Positions 1-6,680 of a stretch of 64,000 nt of DNA are shown piece by piece. The notes under the pieces are model-generated. The model was not told the origin of the DNA and ran no database searches. It worked only from the letters and a program-made list of their open reading frames with translations. The stretch spans positions 1 through 64,000 of IMG/VR virus record IMGVR_UViG_3300021255_002777; one strand, written 5' to 3'. This stretch comes from a virus. Lineage: Duplodnaviria > Caudoviricetes. Each line of letters begins with the position of its first letter. Positions within the stretch are counted from its first letter, which is position 1. Made by a program: the position numbers and the translations under genes.

Positions 1-108
1 TCACACACAAGTAGGTATTAATACTCTAATTCAAGATTATTATTTTACATGCCCTGTGTGTGGGTGTCAAGTAGATGCGCATTGGATTCCAAGAAAGGAG
101 GACAAGAA

Positions 109-333
109 ATGAGTAAGACATTAGGACAAAGGCTTGCTGACTTCAATATAGAAGTTGGCACTGCAATGACGATTGATTGGGAGCAAGTCCGCATTAATGC
201 TGCTATTGCTGCTATGCAAGGAATGCTTATAGGTGACACAGCACCACATGATGTGGCATTGTCCATATCAGCAGTTGAACTTGCCGATGCTTTGGTTGCC
301 GAATTGAAGAAAGGAGGGCAAGATGGGAACTGA
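109..333 (+). CDS. Hypothetical phage protein
   Basis: Part of ORF 49..333. The start was moved to ATG 109 (MSKTLGQ...) because AGGAGG lies at 96-101. Contains RINAAIAAMQGML, a motif I recall from small Bacteroidota phage proteins. Confidence 0.7.
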   Translation: MSKTLGQRLADFNIEVGTAMTIDWEQVRINAAIAAMQGMLIGDTAPHDVALSISAVELADALVAELKKGGQDGN

Positions 334-433
334 TTGGTTACTCCTTGTACTCATCATCATCGTTGCTGTTGGAGTCAAACACAACCGCAATGATATTGAT
401 GAACTGAAAAGACAAATAAATAAACTGAAATGA
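323..433 (+). CDS. Small membrane protein (36 aa)
   Basis: Manual translation MGTDWLLLVLIIIVAVGVKHNRNDIDELKRQINKLK*. AGGAGG at 312-317, one hydrophobic helix followed by a coiled coil, and it fills the gap between its neighbours. Confidence 0.65.
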   Translation: MGTDWLLLVLIIIVAVGVKHNRNDIDELKRQINKLK

Positions 434-440
434 GGAGAAG

Positions 441-626
441 ATGGACGAAATTAAAGTAGGCGACAAAGTGTTAGTTAGTTTCTATGGCGCATTGAAGTTC
501 AATGGCATAGTCACAAGTATTGATGGCAATGTTGTAAAAGGCGAGATTACGCCACATTTGAAGGATTTTAGAGCGCCAAAAAGTATTGTTTCACCAATAA
601 AGGAGGCGAACAATGAAACCGAGTAG
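441..626 (+). CDS. Small beta-rich protein, possibly SH3/KOW-like
   Basis: IKVGDKVLV...GIVTSIDG pattern; GAGGAG upstream. Confidence 0.6.
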   Translation: MDEIKVGDKVLVSFYGALKFNGIVTSIDGNVVKGEITPHLKDFRAPKSIVSPIKEANNETE

Positions 627-783
627 TGGAATATCAGTCACATTCCTTAAAGAAAAGGACGGATTGTGGCATTCATATTCAGCATACGCTGAGGATGTTG
701 ACTGTGAAACAATGGTCAAATTCATGAATTGTATAGGCAATGCGGTTGATGCACTTAACAAGAAAGGAGGAAACGATGAGTAA
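613..783 (+). CDS. Hypothetical protein (56 aa)
   Basis: Manual translation MKPSSGISVTFLKEKDGLWHSY...ALNKKGGNDE*. AGGAGG at 601-606; overlaps both neighbours. Confidence 0.6.
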   Translation: MKPSSGISVTFLKEKDGLWHSYSAYAEDVDCETMVKFMNCIGNAVDALNKKGGNDE

Positions 784-976
784 TATTAGAGTAACAATAG
801 ACCTGGATGACAGTAATCTTGCTGGCTGTCAGATCCTGAAAGATGAGTGTGTAGAACAGTTCGAGAATTTGTCAAAGCAAGACCAGATTCATATCTGCAA
901 CAGTTTTGTGAAGTTCTATCAACTATTCTCTAAAGTGATTAAAGAAGAAGACAATGAACCAACTAGACAAGTATGA
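776..976 (+). CDS. Hypothetical protein
   Basis: Part of ORF 740..976. The start was moved to ATG 776 (MSNIRV) because AGGAGG lies at 765-770. Confidence 0.65.
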   Translation: MSNIRVTIDLDDSNLAGCQILKDECVEQFENLSKQDQIHICNSFVKFYQLFSKVIKEEDNEPTRQV

Positions 977-1167
977 CATACAAGAGAGCAATCAAAGTCC
1001 TTAAGGACTACAATGAATGGCGCAGGCATGATGGAGAGCCGTGTCCATTTCCATACAGCGCCATGGAGATTGGAGCAGCCATTGACATCGCCATCCATGC
1101 ACTGTGGCAGGCAGACAAGATTCATGAGATAATATTTTTCGGGAAAGGAGGAGTAGAACATGACTGA
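973..1167 (+). CDS. Hypothetical protein
   Basis: ATGA overlap with the previous gene; sequence YNEWRR...AIDIAI. Confidence 0.7.
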   Translation: MTYKRAIKVLKDYNEWRRHDGEPCPFPYSAMEIGAAIDIAIHALWQADKIHEIIFFGKGGVEHD

Positions 1168-1411
1168 AGAGGAATACAAGAAAACAAGTGCAAGATGTTT
1201 TGAGGCATCTGGACTGATGCATGAAATCAACCGTACTGAAGAGATAATCAGTGACATTGAACGCGGGAGACGGCATATTGATATTGATGTAAGCACATCC
1301 AGAATCAGTAATGAGTTGCCGGATGACACATTCAACAAAATCAAGGATATTGTCATTGAACATTATCAAAATAAACTTCGTGAATTAAAACAGAAATTTG
1401 AGGAACTATGA
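1160..1411 (+). CDS. Hypothetical protein
   Basis: AGGAGG at 1146-1151; ends in a coiled-coil-like ELKQKFEEL. Confidence 0.7.
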   Translation: MTEEEYKKTSARCFEASGLMHEINRTEEIISDIERGRRHIDIDVSTSRISNELPDDTFNKIKDIVIEHYQNKLRELKQKFEEL

Positions 1412-1536
1412 TTGATAAAGAACAGATACGAGCAGAAGCCTCCAAGCATTATCTTGTAGGCTCAGCAAGTTACTATGCCTTCATCATAGGCGCAGAATGG
1501 GTATTGAAGGAAGGAGGAGAGAATGAAACGAACTAG
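1408..1536 (+). CDS. Hypothetical protein (42 aa)
   Basis: Manual translation MIDKEQIRAEASKHY...AFIIGAEWVLKEGGENETN*. ATGA overlap with the previous gene. Confidence 0.6.
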   Translation: MIDKEQIRAEASKHYLVGSASYYAFIIGAEWVLKEGGENETN

Positions 1537-1702
1537 TTTTTGGATAACAGCAGGCAGAACTGAATGCATTGCAATCATTCCTGCACTTATTCTACATAGG
1601 TTGCCCAGCGATATCTTTGATATTGACTGGATGCTAACTTGCAACTTTTTAATATGGCACGTTACACTTAACATAAGACGTAAATATGAACGATATTTTT
1701 GA
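1523..1702 (+). CDS. Hypothetical hydrophobic protein (59 aa)
   Basis: Manual translation MKRTSFWITAGRTECIAIIPALIL...ERYF*. AGGAGG at 1512-1517. Confidence 0.55.
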   Translation: MKRTSFWITAGRTECIAIIPALILHRLPSDIFDIDWMLTCNFLIWHVTLNIRRKYERYF

Positions 1703-2024
1703 AGCAACAGAAAAAGCTTGGCGCGAAATGACAGCCTATCCCTGCCCTGACTTTGACAAACCATCATTTGGAAGAGGGTTTGAGTATGGTGCTTGGTGGA
1801 AGAAAAGACAAGAAGATGAGAAGATAACAAATAATCAACACAAACTTACATTGCTTCTTGGGGACTTAACAAAGGTATACCAAAGTCTTACAAGCACTTT
1901 AGGAAATACGGAAGATTCGGATAACCTGAAATCCTGTATTGAATGGCTGCATAAATTCATCCATATTGATTTAGTAAATGGAAGTAATCAATGTACAGTT
2001 AAGTTGACATCTGGTAAGGTATGA
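1686..2024 (+). CDS. Hypothetical protein
   Basis: 112-aa ORF in the tightly packed + strand cluster. Confidence 0.65.
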   Translation: MNDIFEATEKAWREMTAYPCPDFDKPSFGRGFEYGAWWKKRQEDEKITNNQHKLTLLLGDLTKVYQSLTSTLGNTEDSDNLKSCIEWLHKFIHIDLVNGSNQCTVKLTSGKV

Positions 2025-2362
2025 GCAAAACATTACATGTAGCAAAGAAGTACGACATTCAGTGGGGTAATCATAGTGGTTTTAATTGGAAAATCTATGA
2101 GTTTCACGGATTGTTGACTGCTTTGGGAGCTGAATACTCAGGAGAGCCATTTGACGATGACTTTGATGTAAGTGAGGATGATCTGGTCAAGGCAGCAAGT
2201 GATCTTGAACACTATGATACTCTTGATGAGGATGCTAGGATTAGGATTGATAATGCCCTGAAAGAACTTGGATGCAGCCTTGATGAAGCAGCCACATTTT
2301 TGTGGGAGTATATCGATGAGGGTGATTGCAATGACGGATACTATCATTTCAGTTTCTTTTGA
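2021..2362 (+). CDS. Hypothetical acidic protein
   Basis: 113-aa ORF with an ATGA overlap; ends in YYHFSFF. Confidence 0.7.
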   Translation: MSKTLHVAKKYDIQWGNHSGFNWKIYEFHGLLTALGAEYSGEPFDDDFDVSEDDLVKAASDLEHYDTLDEDARIRIDNALKELGCSLDEAATFLWEYIDEGDCNDGYYHFSFF

Positions 2363-2364
2363 TT

Positions 2365-2548
2365 ATGAATACATACAAAGTAACAATCAATGAAATGCCG
2401 AAGTAAAAATATGGAATGTGAGTTTGCGGAAGATCTGCAACTCATTGACCAAAATACAGGTAAAGAACTTTTATTTACAATGTGCCACGCAAATCGGAAA
2501 GGCAGACCTTGCCCTTACTTGTGGTACACACCAAAGAAAGAAAAATGA
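2365..2548 (+). pseudogene. Possibly frameshifted small Cys-containing gene (or an intact 45-aa gene at 2411..2548)
   Basis: 2365..2406 reads MNTYKVTINEMPK*. 2411..2548, in another frame, reads MECEFAED...CHANRKGRPCPYLWYTPKKEK* and overlaps the next gene by ATGA. Confidence 0.35.
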
Positions 2549-2907
2549 ACAACGAATTTAGAGAGAAACTGCTGGACTGCCTTAACCATAAAGGTGAACT
2601 AGCAATAGTGTTTGAAGAGGACAAGAAGCAACAGTCATACATCTATGTTGACGAAAACAACTGCAAAGTGTATCATATGTACAATCTTGCTGGAGTGTAC
2701 AAAGGTTCAACATTAGTGTTCAACAGAAAGCAGTGGATGATGAGACTTGCCGGACCTGACAGAATCAAAGAGCTGAACGCGTCTAAAAAGGCTGTGTACG
2801 ATGTCCTTGAGAAAATTGAGAGCGTAATTGGCGAGGTTCCGGTAGCAGAAGAACTACGCAATGCTGTAAAGAACCTGATGATTAACACAGATAAAGTACT
2901 ATCGTAA
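2545..2907 (+). CDS. Hypothetical protein
   Basis: Part of ORF 2482..2907; the likely start is ATG 2545 (MNNEFREK). Confidence 0.7.
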   Translation: MNNEFREKLLDCLNHKGELAIVFEEDKKQQSYIYVDENNCKVYHMYNLAGVYKGSTLVFNRKQWMMRLAGPDRIKELNASKKAVYDVLEKIESVIGEVPVAEELRNAVKNLMINTDKVLS

Positions 2908-2908
2908 A

Positions 2909-3121
2909 ATGAGATTTCCAAAACCAGGAAGATGCCGTGACTGTGTTCATTATATCTGGGGATATGCCACATCTACACAGCAGCATGAGACAAGGGTGTG
3001 TGCTATGAAACCTAAGCAGGTAAGATGTGATACAGCACTTCATCCAAGACAGTATTATTACATTACATTAGCGAACAGAACATGTTCTGATTTTTCTAAA
3101 CGAGAAGACAATGAGGATTAA
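2909..3121 (+). CDS. Small Cys-rich, putative Zn-binding protein
   Basis: CRDCVHY...VC...TCSDF pattern. Confidence 0.65.
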   Translation: MRFPKPGRCRDCVHYIWGYATSTQQHETRVCAMKPKQVRCDTALHPRQYYYITLANRTCSDFSKREDNED

Positions 3122-3803
3122 GAAATACCGTCCAAACTACTTTGAAGGATTTCAAGAAATTGAATGCAACGTAACCACACGTAATGAGCTGTTGGATTGC
3201 GAAATATGCAAACCATGGATAGAGAACGGGTATACAATAGCAGTAAAGTCTGGCACTCAAGAAGACCCAACTGGAACCTTATTTGCAATTAAAGAGGACT
3301 TCAGCTCGTATGATGCCTGTATGTGGAATGTTATTGCAATAAATATTGACCCAGAAGATGTTGATGCCTTATACGAATGGTTACCATCCTTCACTGAGTA
3401 TAAAAGAAATTGCTTTGTGCATAAGTATGGACACACATCCAACGAAATACGTAAGTTTATAGATAATGGTTTTGAGTGGAACAACGAACACTCACAAGAA
3501 AGGTATGAAGCTGGTGTTGATCCTTGCGAATTTGTAGATGAACTTCCAGAACCGACAAAGCATAATGAGTTGATTGAATCCTGTGAACGTGTAGCAGAAT
3601 CAGACACTGGCTTATACTATTTTGTTATTACTGGAAATGAGTCAGCTTGTATGTCAAAAACAAACGGAAACATTGATATTCTTGCTGAAATGTTTGCAAT
3701 GGAGTTTGAGGAACGCAATGAGATTCTTGCTGCAGTAATTAAAGCGCTTGCTATACTTGAAGGAGTGGACAGATTAATATATAACAAACAAGACAATGAG
3801 TGA
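3111..3803 (+). CDS. Hypothetical protein
   Basis: 230-aa ORF overlapping both neighbours. Confidence 0.7.
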   Translation: MRIKKYRPNYFEGFQEIECNVTTRNELLDCEICKPWIENGYTIAVKSGTQEDPTGTLFAIKEDFSSYDACMWNVIAINIDPEDVDALYEWLPSFTEYKRNCFVHKYGHTSNEIRKFIDNGFEWNNEHSQERYEAGVDPCEFVDELPEPTKHNELIESCERVAESDTGLYYFVITGNESACMSKTNGNIDILAEMFAMEFEERNEILAAVIKALAILEGVDRLIYNKQDNE

Positions 3804-4125
3804 AAAAAGAGAAGTGACATTCATGGAGTCTGTGCAACTGTTCGATGAGATGGTTGTGGAAAAGTACTTCAAAACGGTGGATACCGAAGACCTCATGCTG
3901 TGCATTGCAGGTAATGCTGATTCTTCAGAATTGCATGTGACAGCATGTGGAAGCAGTGAATACCTTGTGCAAGCGTTGCTTGGTGCATGTAGGGAGGATA
4001 AGAATATCAAGAGAGTTGTTATGACAGTTGCAGCCAAAATATCAATGGAGGCATTGATGAGTAAACTTGCCAAAGAAAGGTTTAACCCTGATGATGATCT
4101 GGATGTGGAGGACGAAGATGATTGA
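3796..4125 (+). CDS. Hypothetical protein
   Basis: 109-aa ORF with an acidic tail; last gene before the terminator. Confidence 0.7.
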   Translation: MSEKREVTFMESVQLFDEMVVEKYFKTVDTEDLMLCIAGNADSSELHVTACGSSEYLVQALLGACREDKNIKRVVMTVAAKISMEALMSKLAKERFNPDDDLDVEDEDD

Positions 4126-4189
4126 ATAGTCCTGCAGATCAGGGCAGTTCAAACTATTCTAAGTGTTTACATGTTAGTTTCTTTTTCGT

Positions 4190-4227
4190 AGCCGCCAAAC
4201 CCGTGATGGGCAAGGCGGCTTTTTTTA
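4190..4227 (+). terminator. Rho-independent terminator ending the + strand cluster
   Basis: AGCCGCC ... GGCGGCT stem followed by a T-run. Confidence 0.75.
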
Positions 4228-4232
4228 CAAAA

Positions 4233-4350
4233 CCGCACCAGACTTCACAGCCCAGTGCGGATAGTGTATTAACTTTATTAAATAACAACATAAACCGAGA
4301 CCGAGAAACTCGGTTTCAGCGCCGCATAACTTCACAGAACAAGCGCTGAA
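4233..4350. repeat. Cluster of three hairpins; two share the loop sequence ACTTCACAG
   Basis: CCGCAC/GTGCGG (4233-4260), AAACCGAG/CTCGGTTT (4292-4316) and TTCAGCGC/GCGCTGAA (4315-4350). ACTTCACAG occurs at 4242 and 4329. Confidence 0.6.
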
Positions 4351-4379
4351 TACATATCATATTATTAACCTATAAAACA

Positions 4380-4784
4380 TTAATCAAGATGAAGTACCCT
4401 ACGACGGTGCCTTGGTCCGTAGCTCACATGAATCCAGTTGTATCCGTATTCATCTATGAGTTGGTCATAAGGCAATTTAAGCCGCTGAATCAAATCAAAC
4501 AGCTTTTTGTTTTCAGCAGGTATGTCTTTGAGTGTACGTATATCAGCGGCTTGGCCAAGCAAATGCTGGCTGTTTGCTGCACCTTTCACAGCTTTGTTGA
4601 GCTTAGGACAACGGTAACCACTATCGACAATGATTGGTTGACCCCATGCTTCACGCAACGGGTCAAGCACCTTCTCAATAAGCAGTTTGAGGTTAGCGAC
4701 AACTGCAGCAGATGGGGTATTATCGATGCCTCTACGCTTTGCCGTAGCTGACCTTGAGAGTTCATGTACTGAAAAATACTTCAT
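4380..4784 (-). CDS. Endolysin, peptidase M15 family (Zn D-Ala-D-Ala carboxypeptidase fold)
   Basis: SGYRC..LNKAV.GA.NSQHLLGQAADI ... WIHVSY motifs. Confidence 0.9.
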   Translation of the reverse strand: MKYFSVHELSRSATAKRRGIDNTPSAAVVANLKLLIEKVLDPLREAWGQPIIVDSGYRCPKLNKAVKGAANSQHLLGQAADIRTLKDIPAENKKLFDLIQRLKLPYDQLIDEYGYNWIHVSYGPRHRRRVLHLD

Positions 4785-4788
4785 AATA

Positions 4789-4820
4789 TTTGCATGATTT
4801 GTGTATTTATATTACCTTTG
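4789..4820 (+). promoter_or_regulatory. Bacteroidota sigma-A-type promoter
   Basis: TTTG (4789-4792), a 20-nt spacer, then TACCTTTG (4813-4820). This matches the TTTG-N19-21-TAnnTTTG consensus. Confidence 0.7.
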
Positions 4821-4890
4821 TTGCGGAATAGATTTTTTTTCATGAGGTAAAGAGATTTTTTAAGGTTTATGTTAATGGTATTAGAGGCAG

Positions 4891-4920
4891 ACTCCTCGCA
4901 GTGATGCGGGGAGTTGTTTT
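4891..4920 (+). terminator. Terminator-like hairpin
   Basis: ACTCCTCGCA-GTGA-TGCGGGGAGT followed by TGTTTT. Confidence 0.5.
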
Positions 4921-5002
4921 GTAACTCATGTCGGCATATACTGTAAACATAATATTATTAATTGTGTTACGTTTATAATTATATATAAATAAACTGAACA
5001 AA

Positions 5003-5458
5003 ATGAAACGTAAAAATAAAATAGGTATAATAGTGCTACTCATCGTAGCCACAACTTACTCTGCCTTTCATGAAAGGCAGGGATTCTCTGCGGAAAAAGC
5101 AGCAAACTATGCGACGGCTAACGCGGAATCCAAGTCTAGAAACATGTGTGCATTGTATATTGCATGTGCACTGAATGCAGGAGGACAGCCAGTTCCTCTT
5201 CTTAGAGGATGCGACTATAAGTGGTATTTTGATTTGTTTCTGCATAACCAATTTAAAGGCATTTCAGTAGAGCAATATAATCCACAAATCGGAGATATTG
5301 TGGTATTTCCGAAAGTTCCAGGTCATCCTTATGGACACATAGCTATGTGGAATGGGGAGCAATGGGTTTCAGATTTTAAACAGCGCAATATAATAGTATC
5401 TAAAGCATACGACATAAATAGTTGCTCACTATACCGTCCACAAACTATTGTTCGATAG
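5003..5458 (+). CDS. Exported or membrane-anchored CHAP/NlpC-P60-like amidase
   Basis: Basic then hydrophobic N-terminus (MKRKNKIGIIVLLIVATT). Cys49 in MCALYIACAL, GDIVVF, His112 in YGHIAMWNG, and WVSDFKQ. Confidence 0.75.
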   Translation: MKRKNKIGIIVLLIVATTYSAFHERQGFSAEKAANYATANAESKSRNMCALYIACALNAGGQPVPLLRGCDYKWYFDLFLHNQFKGISVEQYNPQIGDIVVFPKVPGHPYGHIAMWNGEQWVSDFKQRNIIVSKAYDINSCSLYRPQTIVR

Positions 5459-6647
5459 TAAAGGATTCGTCAGAAGCTGTCTTAGCACTGTTATACCTGT
5501 TGTGAGTAGTGCCCGGAATAGACATACCTATGCCAGATATCAGGCCATGTTTCAATACATTATTTATAATATTCGGAATCGATGGTGCTGTTTTGACGGC
5601 ATCCTTCAAAGTATTTATGGCGTTCTGGGTACGACTCTTGTTGCCGCGGTAACCGTTGTATACATTTGTCGCAAAGGTTGCGCAAGTGTTTAACAGGCTA
5701 TATGGATCACGAGTTTCATCATTGGCATATGAATTTATGAAGTCAATAGCCCCACGTATATCAGCATTGCCAGCTACTGATACATCCATTTTGCCGGCAT
5801 CAGCGTAAGGGAGGATGTCCTTAATCCTGCCTATATACTCAGCGTTGGATTCATTGGGTTTCATGTCTGGTATTTGCACTCTACGGACATTGCCTGAATC
5901 TTGCAAACGTTTACCGACAATCTCTGAACCATTTGGGGCAGAATTTATACGACCATATTCATAATACCTGGTTCTACCGTTTTTATCAACAAGTATAACG
6001 GCATCATGCCCTACAGGCAGGCTAATATCCGACAGGGCAGAGTTATTCCACACTCTCCCTAAGTCACCAGTAATTGTATTTTTTGAATGGTTGCTATATT
6101 CAGGATAATGGAGATACATAATTTTGCCACCGTTTTCAGGAACATGATTACTTGAGTTTTCAGAAGCGTCCTTTGAATAAACGCCATCTTTATATGTATA
6201 GCCGGAATCAAGGGCTTCCTGATGGGCGGCCCTAGTCTTTTGACCTACAATGCCATCAATATTCCCTTTGTAAAATCCGAGACGTTTGAGTTGAGCTTGC
6301 TGTTTCTGCGCTTCTGTATATACCTTGTTAGCTACACGACGCTGCAGCTGCGGTTTATGTACATAAATGCCATATTGATCAGTGACGTACCCTTGGTTAA
6401 GTGCTGCCTGATGTGCCGCTTTACTCTTTTTGCCCCAAATACCATCAATCACACCATTGTACAGTCCCATTTGTTTAAGCTGGCGTTGTCTACGAATTGT
6501 TTGGTTATACCCGCTTGGGTTTGAATTAGCAGTGCTTTGATGCACTGCATTATATGCAGCTTTCTCTGCTCTGTTAATCTGATCAAGCCTATAATCTAAA
6601 TCATTTTGAAGGCGTTGATAAGATGTTTGATTATTTTTTAACGGCAT
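5445..6647 (-). CDS. Two peptidoglycan-binding domains plus a putative permuted papain-like hydrolase domain
   Basis: Two repeats, QRQLKQMGLYNGVIDGIWGKKS and QAQLKRLGFYKGNIDGIVGQKT. Then GHDAVIL (His214) ... YYEYGR ... YSLLNTCATF (Cys322). Confidence 0.65.
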   Translation of the reverse strand: MPLKNNQTSYQRLQNDLDYRLDQINRAEKAAYNAVHQSTANSNPSGYNQTIRRQRQLKQMGLYNGVIDGIWGKKSKAAHQAALNQGYVTDQYGIYVHKPQLQRRVANKVYTEAQKQQAQLKRLGFYKGNIDGIVGQKTRAAHQEALDSGYTYKDGVYSKDASENSSNHVPENGGKIMYLHYPEYSNHSKNTITGDLGRVWNNSALSDISLPVGHDAVILVDKNGRTRYYEYGRINSAPNGSEIVGKRLQDSGNVRRVQIPDMKPNESNAEYIGRIKDILPYADAGKMDVSVAGNADIRGAIDFINSYANDETRDPYSLLNTCATFATNVYNGYRGNKSRTQNAINTLKDAVKTAPSIPNIINNVLKHGLISGIGMSIPGTTHNRYNSAKTASDESFTIEQ

Positions 6648-6680
6648 AATATTTAAATTTTTAATTGTTTATATTATTAA

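Noticed and set aside
4122-4349. 75-aa ORF after the last accessory gene
   Set aside because: It runs through the terminator and hairpin cluster, and its composition is not protein-like.
4867-5052. Hydrophobic 61-aa minus-strand ORF as a holin or type I toxin
   Set aside because: The hydrophobicity comes from the antisense of an A-rich leader and the CHAP gene's start, and it crosses a hairpin. Not excluded, but unsupported.
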